Part shown: piece by piece, positions 28,310 to 37,068 of the stretch | Numbering within the stretch: position 1 is the stretch's first letter | Layout of the letters: each line of letters begins with the position of its first letter | Position numbers and translations under genes: made by a program | Notes under the pieces: model-generated | Seen by the model: only the letters and a program-made list of their open reading frames with translations | The model's database searches: none | Told to the model about the DNA's origin: nothing | Origin: Cyclobacteriaceae bacterium | Lineage (GTDB): Bacteria; Bacteroidota; Bacteroidia; Cytophagales; Cyclobacteriaceae | DNA length: 44,637 nt | NCBI GenBank assembly: GCA_029882675.1 | Contig: JAOUKJ010000001.1 | Location: forward strand, 1 to 44,637 | Reading direction: 5' to 3'

Positions 28310-28789
28310 TCACTGCTTTATATTCAGCATCTTCAAAGCTGACCAGGCCGCTTCCTCCCCTTTGTTGCCATGCTTGCCACCGGCCCGGTCGAGGGCCTGC
28401 TGCTTAGTATCTGTAGTGAGGACACCAAAGATGACGGGTTTATTCGTTTTAAGGTTTACATCCATGATGCCCTGGGCCACTGCCTGACAAATAAAATCAA
28501 AGTGCCTGGTTTCCCCCTGTATAACACAGCCAAGGGCAAGTACGGCGGATACGTCAACGTTGTTGGCCAGCCATTGTGTGGCCAGGGGTAATTCATAACT
28601 GCCGGGTACATCCTTTCTGATAATGTTTTCAGAAAGGATACCTTGTTTTAATAGCGTTTCAACAGCCCCCGAATAAAGTGCCTCCGTGATTTCGCTGTTC
28701 CATTCTGAAACAACGATGGCTACTTTCAATGCAGTAGTATTCAGGGAAGTACTCCCTGAATTTACAGGTCGGTTACCATAATCTCCCAT
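28310..28789 (-). CDS. ribH: 6,7-dimethyl-8-ribityllumazine synthase
   Basis: 159 aa with the patterns KVAIVVSEWN, VPGSYELP, ALGCVIQGETRHFDFI and GVLTT. Confidence 0.93.
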   Translation of the reverse strand: MGDYGNRPVNSGSTSLNTTALKVAIVVSEWNSEITEALYSGAVETLLKQGILSENIIRKDVPGSYELPLATQWLANNVDVSAVLALGCVIQGETRHFDFICQAVAQGIMDVNLKTNKPVIFGVLTTDTKQQALDRAGGKHGNKGEEAAWSALKMLNIKQ

Positions 28790-28791
28790 GA

Positions 28792-29493
28792 TCAGGATTC
28801 AATGCCACCCAATCTGGCCAGGTTTTTTCTGGCATACTGATACTCTTCCGATTCCCAGTATTTTTCAACGATCTGTTGGTATGCCTTTTTGGCTTTCTCC
28901 AGGTCGTTTAATTTTTCGTAGGCCAGAGCCACCTTTATCAGATATTGGGGAGTGAAATGTTTATTTGGTTTGTAATTAGCAGCTTGTTCATAGGCCTTTA
29001 CGGCTTCTGCATAATTGGACTGTTCCATATATACATCACCGATAAGACTATAAGCCCTGCCCTGTACAAGTAAGTCATTTGAGCTGAAATCCTGCAAATA
29101 GAGTAATGCCAGATCATACTTACCTTGCTTGAGATAAACACTGCCGGCATAAAAATTAGCCAGGTTACCAGCTTTCGAATTACTATAATCCTCAGCGATA
29201 TCAACAAACCCCAGGTTGTTTCCATCACCACGCAGGGCGAGGTTCAGGCTATCCTGTTCAAAATAATACACGGCCTGAAACATTTCGGATTGTGCTTGTT
29301 CATTGAGATTTGTTTTGTAGTAACGGAATCCAACGATTCCACCTACAACGATGAGTAAGCCGGCTACAACGGCATAAGTCAATACCTTATGTTTGTTGAG
29401 AAATTCCTCTGAACGTGAAATTTCCTTTACCAATGCTTCGGGGCTTTCAAGTAGCCCACCTTCACTTTGATTCTTCTTGCCTTTTGATGACAT
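28792..29493 (-). CDS. Membrane-anchored tetratricopeptide-repeat protein (YfgM-like architecture)
   Basis: 233 aa with one TM segment after a charged N-terminus, then TPR-like repeats (AGSVYLKQGKYDLAL, YAEAVKAYEQA, LEKAKKAYQQI). It ends 2 nt before ribH. Confidence 0.7.
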   Translation of the reverse strand: MSSKGKKNQSEGGLLESPEALVKEISRSEEFLNKHKVLTYAVVAGLLIVVGGIVGFRYYKTNLNEQAQSEMFQAVYYFEQDSLNLALRGDGNNLGFVDIAEDYSNSKAGNLANFYAGSVYLKQGKYDLALLYLQDFSSNDLLVQGRAYSLIGDVYMEQSNYAEAVKAYEQAANYKPNKHFTPQYLIKVALAYEKLNDLEKAKKAYQQIVEKYWESEEYQYARKNLARLGGIES

Positions 29494-29550
29494 GTGCTAT
29501 AATTTGAGGCGCAAAATTAATAATTATTTTCTAAATTCTAAATAAGATGA

Positions 29551-30585
29551 TTAATCAACGATAAAAGGATAATCACTTTGTGCGTATATATCTTCCATGG
29601 CCTGTTCTACAGGGGGGAATTCAGATTGTTCTGCAAAAGCAACACTTTCTTCAACCGTTTTTTTAATTTTTTTATCGATATTAAGGAGTTCTTCTTCTGT
29701 TGCATACTTTTTGGCCAGAATAGTTTCCCTGACTTGTTCGATCGGATCTTTTCGTTTGTATTCCTCTACCTCATCTTTGGTTCTGTATTTGGCAGGGTCA
29801 GACATCGAATGACCTTTGTAGCGGTATGTTCTGAATTCGAGCAGGGTAGCTCCTTCTCCTTTTCTTGCCCGTTCAGCAGCCCGGCTCACGGATTCATGTA
29901 CAGCTTCCACGCTCATGCCGTCAACGGGCTCTGACGGAATATCAAAAGCTTCACCTAGTTTGTATAACTCTGTGACGTTTGATGTCCGCTGTACGGATGT
30001 TCCCATCGCATAGCCGTTGTTTTCTATCACAAATATGACAGGTAATTTCCAGGTCATGGCCAGGTTAAGTGATTCATGAAAGGAACCTTGCCTGACGGCA
30101 CCATCACCCAGGTAGCATATACAAAGCTTACCGGTCTTATTATATTTCTCTGCAAATGCCAGCCCGGTGCCAAGAGGTATTTGACCTCCCACTATGCCGT
30201 GGCCGCCAACAAAATTATTTTCTTTATCAAAAATATGCATAGACCCACCTTTTCCCCGGCTAAGGCCTGTTTCTTTACCATACAGTTCGGCCATGATCCT
30301 TCCTGGATCCGAACCTAAAGCCAGTGGGTGGGCGTGATCCCGGTATGCCGTAATATATTTGTCGCCTCTTTCAAGTGCAGAAACAGCACCTGCAGCACAG
30401 GCTTCCTGTCCAATATATAAGTGACAAAAGCCCCGAATTTTCTGCTGACCATAAAGTTGTCCGCTCTTCTCTTCAAAGCGCCTCATCATCAACATGGACT
30501 CAAACCATGTGAGGTACGTTTCTTTGTCAAATTTTTTGGCAGTGTCTTTTTTCGACTGTGTTTTTGTTTTTGTTGCCGTGGCCAT
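29551..30585 (-). CDS. pdhA: Pyruvate dehydrogenase (acetyl-transferring) E1 component, alpha subunit
   Basis: 344 aa with a ThDP-binding pattern (YLGDGA...G...ESLN) and the phosphorylation-loop-like YRYKGHSMSDP. Confidence 0.88.
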   Translation of the reverse strand: MATATKTKTQSKKDTAKKFDKETYLTWFESMLMMRRFEEKSGQLYGQQKIRGFCHLYIGQEACAAGAVSALERGDKYITAYRDHAHPLALGSDPGRIMAELYGKETGLSRGKGGSMHIFDKENNFVGGHGIVGGQIPLGTGLAFAEKYNKTGKLCICYLGDGAVRQGSFHESLNLAMTWKLPVIFVIENNGYAMGTSVQRTSNVTELYKLGEAFDIPSEPVDGMSVEAVHESVSRAAERARKGEGATLLEFRTYRYKGHSMSDPAKYRTKDEVEEYKRKDPIEQVRETILAKKYATEEELLNIDKKIKKTVEESVAFAEQSEFPPVEQAMEDIYAQSDYPFIVD

Positions 30586-30589
30586 ATCT

Positions 30590-30597
30590 TAACTTTG
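30590..30597 (+). promoter_or_regulatory. -7 box TAACTTTG upstream of recF
   Basis: Exact TAnnTTTG match, 38 nt upstream of ATG 30636. TTTG occurs at 30569-30572, at a -33-like distance. Confidence 0.45.
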
Positions 30598-30635
30598 TTT
30601 TCCGATTGGGATGCGAAATTAATTAAAATTTATTT

Positions 30636-31736
30636 ATGCGCCTTAGAAAATTAAGTTTGTTTGACTTTAAAAACTATGAAAGGGCCTCTGTTCAATTCTC
30701 AAAGCCTGTAAATTGCATCGTTGGAGATAACGGGAGTGGTAAAACAAACTTGTTAGACGCGATTTACTATTTATCCCTTACCAAAAGTGCTTTTGGGGGA
30801 AATGATGCAAAAAATATACGGCATGGTCATACTGTGTTTTTTATCACCGGAGAGTTTGAAAACGACACCCATATTGAAAAAATAGGGTGCCGGGTACAGG
30901 AAGCAAAAAAACTATTCACTTGTGATAAAGTAGAGTATCAGCGTTTAGCCGATCATATTGGTAAGGTGCCTGTCGTGTTGATAAATCCTTATGATATAGA
31001 CATTATTCGGGGGGGGAGCGAGTTGAGACGAAAATTTTTCGATGTTACCTTAGGTCAGCTCAATGAACAATACCTTGTTAGTTTATTAACATACAATCGC
31101 TTACTTAAGCAGCGAAACGCGGCGCTTAAGCACTTTGCAGAAACGGGAAGAGTAGATCACGAGCTACTCGATGTCTTCGATGTGGAATTGCTGAGTGCAG
31201 GTAGAAATGTGTATCAAATACGGAATGAGTTTATTCGTCAATCTACCGAAAGGTTTTTACCCTTATACCGCGAAATCTCAGAAGGGAAAGAAAAATTATT
31301 AGTCGAGTACATTTCTGATTGGAATGAAGATGAGTTCGAAGCGAGGTTTCGCGACAATCGGAAAAAGGATATCCTCCTGCAAAGAACATCACAGGGTATT
31401 CATCGTGATGATTACATGTTTACATTAGATGGATATGCTGTTAAGAGTTATGGTTCACAGGGGCAGCAGAAATCTTTTTTATTGGCGCTCAAATGGGGGC
31501 AGGCTGAAATTTTAAAAGAAGTTAAGAAAAAAGCGCCAATTTTGTTGCTCGATGATGTGTGTGATAAACTTGATGACCGAAGGATAAATAAACTCATTGG
31601 GCTGATCAAAGCGAGTGATTCGCAAGTCTTTATTAGTGATGCCCAGCCGGAAAGAATACAAAGTCTGATGGTAAATAATGGAATAGATGCGACCTACCTC
31701 TATATATATAAAGGTATAATTGAAAAAATAGTTTGA
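30636..31736 (+). CDS. recF: DNA replication and repair protein RecF
   Basis: 366 aa with Walker A GDNGSGKTNLLDAIY, the signature SQGQQKS and Walker B LLLDDV. Confidence 0.93.
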   Translation: MRLRKLSLFDFKNYERASVQFSKPVNCIVGDNGSGKTNLLDAIYYLSLTKSAFGGNDAKNIRHGHTVFFITGEFENDTHIEKIGCRVQEAKKLFTCDKVEYQRLADHIGKVPVVLINPYDIDIIRGGSELRRKFFDVTLGQLNEQYLVSLLTYNRLLKQRNAALKHFAETGRVDHELLDVFDVELLSAGRNVYQIRNEFIRQSTERFLPLYREISEGKEKLLVEYISDWNEDEFEARFRDNRKKDILLQRTSQGIHRDDYMFTLDGYAVKSYGSQGQQKSFLLALKWGQAEILKEVKKKAPILLLDDVCDKLDDRRINKLIGLIKASDSQVFISDAQPERIQSLMVNNGIDATYLYIYKGIIEKIV

Positions 31737-31737
31737 A

Positions 31738-32040
31738 ATGAGGAATGACGGAAAAAAGAAATCAGCGGAGTCTTTGGGGCAGGCCATTAAGGGAATGTTT
31801 TCAGAATATCACCTGGATAATAAATTTAATGAGTCTGATTTAGTAGCGTCCTGGGGAAAAATTATGGGAAAGGCAGTAGAAAAGAGAACATCCAAGGTTT
31901 ATATTCAGAATCGAAAATTGTTTGTTGAATTAACCTCCGCTCCACTCAAAAACGAGCTTTCCATGTCTAAAATGAAGGTTTTGAAGCTTCTGGAGGAGGA
32001 GATGGGACAGGCTGTTGTGGACGATGTGGTGTTTTATTAA
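31738..32040 (+). CDS. DUF721 (DciA-like) protein
   Basis: 100 aa in the conserved position directly after recF. The pattern ...W..I.G......T.......G.L.V...S....EL.. is typical of DUF721. Confidence 0.7.
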   Translation: MRNDGKKKSAESLGQAIKGMFSEYHLDNKFNESDLVASWGKIMGKAVEKRTSKVYIQNRKLFVELTSAPLKNELSMSKMKVLKLLEEEMGQAVVDDVVFY

Positions 32041-32094
32041 TTAAAACATTTTGGAAAATATTTTTTTAATGTTTGAATAAAATAAAAAAGGGTA

Positions 32095-32102
32095 TATTTT
32101 TG
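32095..32102 (+). promoter_or_regulatory. Promoter of the tRNA-tuf operon (-7 TATTTTTG; -33 TTTG at 32072-32075)
   Basis: Exact -7 consensus with a TTTG element 19 nt upstream. Confidence 0.5.
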
Positions 32103-32203
32103 CACTTCCTTTTTCGGCAGGAGTTGAATAGCACCTGATAAAACATGAATGAGGAGGCTTTGATTTATTGGCTCAAAATGTTGGGCATATTGTACTTAAT
32201 GAT

Positions 32204-32286
32204 GGGGAGATACCAAAGTGGCCAACTGGGGCAGACTGTAAATCTGTTGTCTTATGACTTCGCAGGTTCGAATCCTGCTCTCCCCA
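32204..32286 (+). tRNA. tRNA-Tyr (anticodon GTA), long variable arm
   Basis: Acceptor stem GGGGAGA/TCTCCCC, anticodon loop CTGTAAA, T-arm GCAGGTTCGAATCCTGC. CCA is not encoded. Confidence 0.92.
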
Positions 32287-32349
32287 CTGCAATATCAGAT
32301 TATAGGACTAGTTGTTTGGAAGAAATTAGTTTTGACCTGTTATTGAATT

Positions 32350-32422
32350 GCGGGCGTAGCTCAGTTGGTAGAGCGACAGCCTTCCAAGCTGTAGGTCGCG
32401 GGTTCGAGCCTCGTCGCCCGCT
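32350..32422 (+). tRNA. tRNA-Gly (anticodon TCC)
   Basis: Acceptor stem GCGGGCG/CGCCCGC, D-arm TAGCTCAGTTGGTAGAGC, anticodon loop CTTCCAA, T-loop GGTTCGAGCC. Confidence 0.92.
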
Positions 32423-32500
32423 CGAATTACCAAAGTGGAATTACTTTGGTGGAGATTGTCGGTTTGTCCGGTAATCGGAGCTCATGGGATATTGGGCCAT

Positions 32501-32572
32501 GCCGATGTAGCTCAGGGGTAGAGCGCTTCCTTGGTAAGGAAGAGGTCACGGGTTCAAATCCCGTCATTGGCT
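32501..32572 (+). tRNA. tRNA-Thr (anticodon GGT)
   Basis: Acceptor stem GCCGATG/CATTGGC (one G-U pair), anticodon loop TTGGTAA, T-arm ACGGGTTCAAATCCCGT. Confidence 0.92.
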
Positions 32573-32634
32573 CATAAAGAAATGTACTAATTTTAAACAG
32601 AAATATTTTAAACTAAACTAAGGGATTTTCAGAC

Positions 32635-33822
32635 ATGGCTAAAGAGACATTTGATCGTTCAAAACCCCACGTGAATATTGGTACTATTGGTCACGTTGAC
32701 CACGGTAAAACCACTTTGACTGCTGCTATCACTAAAGTATTGGCAGAACAAGGGCTGGCTGAATTGAGAGATTTTACCTCAATTGACAATGCGCCTGAAG
32801 AAAAAGAAAGAGGTATTACTATTAATACTTCTCACGTGGAATATCAAACTATTAACAGGCACTATGCCCACGTTGACTGTCCGGGTCACGCTGACTATGT
32901 GAAGAACATGGTTACTGGTGCTGCCCAGATGGATGGCGCTATCCTCGTGGTAGCAGCAACAGACGGGCCTATGCCCCAGACACGGGAGCACATTCTGTTG
33001 GCACGTCAGGTAGGTGTGCCTGCTATCGTTGTATTTATGAATAAGGTTGACCTTGTTGATGATGCGGAATTATTGGAACTGGTGGAAATGGAAGTTAGAG
33101 AAATACTTTCTTATTATGATTTCCCCGGCGATGACCTTCCCGTTATTCAGGGGTCAGCATTAGGTGCTCTTAATGGCGAAACAGAGTGGGTTGACAAAGT
33201 GAACGAATTAATGGCTGCTGTTGATGAATATATTCCACTTCCTGAGCGTCTTATCGATAAAGATTTCCTCATGCCTGTAGAAGATGTGTTCTCTATCACA
33301 GGTAGAGGTACAGTTGCTACCGGAAGGATCGAAAGAGGTGTCATTAACTCAGGGGAATCTGTTGATATCCTTGGTATGGGCGCTGAAAACCTTAAGTCAG
33401 TAGTTACAGGGGTAGAAATGTTCCGTAAAATTTTGGATAGGGGTGAGGCTGGTGACAACACAGGACTGTTACTTCGTGGTATTGATAAAAATGATATCAG
33501 AAGGGGTATGGTAATTTGTAAGCCAGGTTCAGTGAAGCCTCACAAAAAATTTAAAGCTGAAGTTTATGTATTGTCAAAGGAAGAAGGTGGTCGTCATACC
33601 CCGTTCTTTAACAGATACAGACCTCAGTTTTATCTGAGAACAACTGACGTAACAGGTGAAATTATGCTTCCTGAAGGCGTTGAAATGGTAATGCCTGGTG
33701 ATAACGTTTCTATTGAAGTAGAACTCATCAATACTGTTGCTATGGAAAAAGGACTTCGTTTTGCCATCCGTGAAGGTGGTAGGACTGTAGGTTCTGGTCA
33801 GGTAACAGAGATCATCGAATAA
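32635..33822 (+). CDS. tuf: Translation elongation factor Tu
   Basis: 395 aa with [18 protein letters not shown] and NKVD motifs. It is unmistakably EF-Tu. Confidence 0.98.
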   Translation: MAKETFDRSKPHVNIGTIGHVDHGKTTLTAAITKVLAEQGLAELRDFTSIDNAPEEKERGITINTSHVEYQTINRHYAHVDCPGHADYVKNMVTGAAQMDGAILVVAATDGPMPQTREHILLARQVGVPAIVVFMNKVDLVDDAELLELVEMEVREILSYYDFPGDDLPVIQGSALGALNGETEWVDKVNELMAAVDEYIPLPERLIDKDFLMPVEDVFSITGRGTVATGRIERGVINSGESVDILGMGAENLKSVVTGVEMFRKILDRGEAGDNTGLLLRGIDKNDIRRGMVICKPGSVKPHKKFKAEVYVLSKEEGGRHTPFFNRYRPQFYLRTTDVTGEIMLPEGVEMVMPGDNVSIEVELINTVAMEKGLRFAIREGGRTVGSGQVTEIIE

Positions 33823-33843
33823 GAAAATTGACATATAAATTAA

Positions 33844-33877
33844 AGCGTTTCTGAAAAAATCAGAAACGCTTTTTTTT
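33844..33877 (+). terminator. Rho-independent terminator after tuf
   Basis: Perfect 11-bp stem AGCGTTTCTGA / TCAGAAACGCT with a 5-nt A loop, followed by TTTTTTT. Confidence 0.85.
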
Positions 33878-33892
33878 CAAAAAATATTGTGG

Positions 33893-33900
33893 TACCTTTG
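33893..33900 (+). promoter_or_regulatory. -7 box TACCTTTG for the tRNA-Trp-secE-nusG-rpl transcription unit
   Basis: Exact TAnnTTTG match, 23 nt upstream of tRNA-Trp and just after the tuf terminator. Confidence 0.5.
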
Positions 33901-33923
33901 CGAACCCGTTTGGGGACGCATTT

Positions 33924-33999
33924 ACGGGTGTAGCTCAATTGGTAGAGTAGCGGTCTCCAAAACCGTTGGCTGGGAGTTCGAGTCTCTCCACCCGTGCCA
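33924..33999 (+). tRNA. tRNA-Trp (anticodon CCA), 3' CCA encoded
   Basis: Acceptor stem ACGGGTG/CACCCGT, anticodon loop CTCCAAA, T-arm GGGAGTTCGAGTCTCTC, discriminator G then CCA (33997-33999). Confidence 0.92.
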
Positions 34000-34021
34000 A
34001 CTAATTAAAAAGGGGAATAGA

Positions 34022-34219
34022 ATGCAGAAATTAAAGAAATTTGTACTCGAGTCGGTTGACGAAATGAAACATAAAGTTTCATGGCCAAAGTATAATGAGT
34101 TGCAATCAAGCTCGGTGTTGGTATTGGTTGCGTCATTGATTTTTGCATTAGTGATTTGGGTAATCGACCTGGCTTTTGAAAATTCCATGGGTTGGTTTTA
34201 CAATAATTTTAATTTTTAG
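34022..34219 (+). CDS. secE: Preprotein translocase subunit SecE
   Basis: 65 aa (MQKLKKFVLESVDEMKHKVSWP...) with a single C-terminal TM segment, between tRNA-Trp and nusG. The longer track ORF (33887) overlaps the tRNA and is rejected. Confidence 0.85.
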   Translation: MQKLKKFVLESVDEMKHKVSWPKYNELQSSSVLVLVASLIFALVIWVIDLAFENSMGWFYNNFNF

Positions 34220-34253
34220 TCTTTTGAAATAAAGAACCTATTAGGTCCGGATA

Positions 34254-34811
34254 ATGGCTGAACATAAATGGTATGTAGTAAGAGTGGTAAGTGGCCAGGA
34301 AAAGAAGGTTAAAGCTTATCTTGAGAATGAAATAGAGCGCGAAAAGTTGCAGGATTTCATTCCACAGGTGCTTATTCCTTCAGAAAAGGTTTACGAAATG
34401 AGGAATGGCAAAAAACGCGTTCGTGAACGTAATTTTTTCCCGGGTTATGTCCTTGTACTGGCCGACCTCACGAATGGTGAAGCCAATCATACTGTGACCA
34501 GTATACCAGGTGTTATCGGATTTTTGGGTAGTAACAGTGCTTCCTCATCAAAAGAGCCGGTTGCTCTGCGGCAAGCTGAAATTAATAGAATTTTAGGTAA
34601 AGTAGATGAATCGGAAAATATGGAAGAAAAGCTGGATACACCTTATATTGTGGGTGAGACAGTGAAAGTAATGGACGGACCGTTTAGTGGTTTTACAGGG
34701 GCGGTAGAAGAAGTTTTTGAAGAACGTAGAAAACTGAACGTGATGGTGAAGATTTTTGGCAGGAATACTCCTGTTGAGTTGAACTATATGCAGGTTGAAA
34801 AATTAGATTAA
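34254..34811 (+). CDS. nusG: Transcription termination/antitermination factor NusG
   Basis: 185 aa with an NGN domain ([15 protein letters not shown]) and a C-terminal KOW motif ([16 protein letters not shown]). Confidence 0.95.
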   Translation: MAEHKWYVVRVVSGQEKKVKAYLENEIEREKLQDFIPQVLIPSEKVYEMRNGKKRVRERNFFPGYVLVLADLTNGEANHTVTSIPGVIGFLGSNSASSSKEPVALRQAEINRILGKVDESENMEEKLDTPYIVGETVKVMDGPFSGFTGAVEEVFEERRKLNVMVKIFGRNTPVELNYMQVEKLD

Positions 34812-34815
34812 TAGC

Positions 34816-35259
34816 ATGGCTAAAGAAATTAGCGGATATTTGAAATTACAGGTGAAAGGCGGACAAGCAAACCCTTCACCTCCGGTCGGTCCGGCTTTAG
34901 GTAGTAAAGGTCTTAATATCATGGACTTTTGCAAACAGTTTAATGCAAGGACCCAGGACAAACAAGGGCAGGTATTGCCGGTGTTGATTAGTATTTATAC
35001 AGATAAGTCTTTTGACTTTGTTATAAAAACACCACCGGCAGCTGTAATGGTCCTTGAGGCATCGAAAAAGAAAAAAGGTTCCCCGGAGCCCAACCGTAAT
35101 AAGGTAGGGAGTGTTACCTGGGAGCAGATCCAAACGATTGCTGAAACAAAAATGCCAGACCTGAATGCCTTTACAGTGGAATCGGCCATGAAAATGGTTG
35201 CAGGAACAGCAAGAAGCATGGGTATAAGGGTAAATGGTGTAGCACCATGGGATAATTAA
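34816..35259 (+). CDS. rplK: 50S ribosomal protein L11
   Basis: 147 aa with the canonical [15 protein letters not shown] motif. Confidence 0.97.
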   Translation: MAKEISGYLKLQVKGGQANPSPPVGPALGSKGLNIMDFCKQFNARTQDKQGQVLPVLISIYTDKSFDFVIKTPPAAVMVLEASKKKKGSPEPNRNKVGSVTWEQIQTIAETKMPDLNAFTVESAMKMVAGTARSMGIRVNGVAPWDN

Positions 35260-35274
35260 TCAGTAAGTACGAAC

Positions 35275-35973
35275 ATGGGAAAATTAACAAAAAATCAAAA
35301 AATAGCCGGGGAAAAAATAGTACCTGGTAAAGCGTATTCATTGCAGGAGGCTTCTGCGCTTGTGAAGGATATTACACTGACCAAGTTTGATGCTTCTGTT
35401 GAATTAGCAGTACGTCTTGGAGTGGATCCGCGTAAAGCAGACCAGATGGTACGGGGCGTGGCTACCTTGCCACACGGAACGGGTAAAGAAGTGAAAGTAC
35501 TCGTGCTTTGTACACCTGACAAAGAAGAAGAAGCAAAAGCTGCGGGTGCTGACCATGTAGGACTGGATGATTACATTAAAAAGATTGAGGGTGGTTGGAC
35601 TGATATCGACGTAATTATCACTATGCCTACTGTTATGGCTAAAGTTGGAAAATTAGGTCGGGTATTGGGTCCACGTGGATTAATGCCAAACCCGAAAGCG
35701 GGTACTGTTACGCTGGATGTGGCAAAAGCTGTTGAGGAAGTAAAGGCTGGTAAAATTGACTTCCGTGTTGATAAAACCGGAATCGTACATGCGAATATCG
35801 GTAAATCTTCCTTTAGTCCTGACCAAATTTATGAGAATGCGCATGAATTAATTACAACCATCTCAAAATTAAAACCGTCATCTGCCAAAGGGACATACTT
35901 TAAAAGTATTAATATGTCGAGTACGATGAGTCCGGTGATCGCAATTGATAAGAACTCTATATCTGAAATATAA
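35275..35973 (+). CDS. rplA: 50S ribosomal protein L1
   Basis: 232 aa with [14 protein letters not shown] and [15 protein letters not shown] motifs. Confidence 0.97.
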   Translation: MGKLTKNQKIAGEKIVPGKAYSLQEASALVKDITLTKFDASVELAVRLGVDPRKADQMVRGVATLPHGTGKEVKVLVLCTPDKEEEAKAAGADHVGLDDYIKKIEGGWTDIDVIITMPTVMAKVGKLGRVLGPRGLMPNPKAGTVTLDVAKAVEEVKAGKIDFRVDKTGIVHANIGKSSFSPDQIYENAHELITTISKLKPSSAKGTYFKSINMSSTMSPVIAIDKNSISEI

Positions 35974-35975
35974 TT

Positions 35976-36503
35976 ATGACAAGGGAAGAGAAAATTTTAG
36001 TCGTTGAAAAGCTAAAAGAAAAGTTTAAAAATAATCAGAACTTTTATTTTACAGATGCCTCTGGTATGTCGGTCGCAAAGACGAATGATTTCCGTCGAAT
36101 GTGCTTTAGCAAAGGGGTAGATTATACCGTGTATAAAAATTCGCTGATTAAAAAAGCGCTGGAAAGTGCAGGAAAAGATGATCAAAACTTTGAGGAAGTG
36201 CTAAAGGGTTTTTCAGGAATTATGTTTTCTGATGAATCTGCCAGTTTACCTGCAAGAGTTTTAAAAGATTTCAGAAAAAATAAAGATGGGAAACCATTTT
36301 TAAAGGCTGCTTCCATAGATTCAGAAATTTACATCGGTGACGAAAACCTTAGTGCACTTAGCAATCTTAAAACTAAGAATGAATTAATCGCTGACGTAAT
36401 TGCACTGTTGCAATCACCTGCCAAAAATGTTATTTCTGCACTTCAGAGTGGTGGTCATACAATTTCAGGTTTAGTGAAAGCACTTGCAGAACGCGAATCT
36501 TAA
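35976..36503 (+). CDS. rplJ: 50S ribosomal protein L10
   Basis: 175 aa in the position between rplA and rplL, with an L10-like N-terminal domain. Confidence 0.9.
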   Translation: MTREEKILVVEKLKEKFKNNQNFYFTDASGMSVAKTNDFRRMCFSKGVDYTVYKNSLIKKALESAGKDDQNFEEVLKGFSGIMFSDESASLPARVLKDFRKNKDGKPFLKAASIDSEIYIGDENLSALSNLKTKNELIADVIALLQSPAKNVISALQSGGHTISGLVKALAERES

Positions 36504-36542
36504 AAATTAATAAATTTCGAATACTTATAATAAAATAATAAA

Positions 36543-36923
36543 ATGGCAGACATTAAAGAACTAGCTGAACAACTGGTAAACCTTACAGTTAAAGAAGTAA
36601 CTGAACTGGCTGATATTCTTAAGGAAGAATACGGCATTGAGCCTGCTGCAGCAGCAGCGGTAGCAATAGCTGCCCCTGCTGGCGGTGATGGCGCTGGTGG
36701 TGGTGAAGAACAAACTGAATTTGATGTAATACTCAAAGCACCAGGTGGCGCTAAGCTTCAAGTTGTTAAACTTGTCAAAGAATTGACAGGTCTTGGACTG
36801 AAAGAAGCAAAGGAAATCGTTGACAGTGCACCTAAAGCAGTAAAAGAAGGTCTTGCAAAAGATGAAGCTGAAGGTATTAAAAAACAATTAGAAGAAGCCG
36901 GAGCGGAAGTCGAACTCAAGTAA
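36543..36923 (+). CDS. rplL: 50S ribosomal protein L7/L12
   Basis: 126 aa with an Ala/Gly-rich hinge and a C-terminal domain ([21 protein letters not shown]). Confidence 0.97.
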   Translation: MADIKELAEQLVNLTVKEVTELADILKEEYGIEPAAAAAVAIAAPAGGDGAGGGEEQTEFDVILKAPGGAKLQVVKLVKELTGLGLKEAKEIVDSAPKAVKEGLAKDEAEGIKKQLEEAGAEVELK

Positions 36924-36955
36924 TTTGAGACGATTTTTCGGAATCTTAACAACGT

Positions 36956-37005
36956 TAGGCCCCACTACCACATGGTTTTACCATTTGGTATTAGGGGTCT
37001 TTTCC
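36956..37005 (+). terminator. Imperfect hairpin plus T-run in the rplL-rpoB spacer (candidate attenuator)
   Basis: GGCCCCACTACCACATGG / CCATTTGGTATTAGGGGTC pair as three helical segments, followed by TTTTCC. The position matches the known rplL-rpoB attenuator of other bacteria. Confidence 0.45.
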
Positions 37006-37068
37006 TGTTTGTATATGTTTTGAATGTAACTACTGTTTTCCCGTTTAATTAAATAAAAGCAAATAGCC

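Noticed and set aside
28215-28487. 90-aa ORF antisense to ribH, and a possible read-through continuation of the 75-aa ORF past its TAA at 28262.
   Set aside because: The antisense ORF sits inside the conserved ribH. The in-frame continuation after the stop is only 25 codons and would overlap the ribH 3' end. That is not enough to call a pseudogene.
32145-32474. 109-aa ORF spanning the tRNA-Tyr and tRNA-Gly region, and the N-terminal 45 codons of the 33887-34219 ORF spanning tRNA-Trp.
   Set aside because: The sequence folds into canonical tRNAs. The ORFs are read-through artefacts, and secE is assigned from ATG 34022.
36500-36887. Ala/Ser-rich ORFs antisense to rplL (36500-36736, 36561-36887, 36758-36952).
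   Set aside because: They mirror the Ala-rich hinge (GCN codons) of L7/L12 and are not independent genes.
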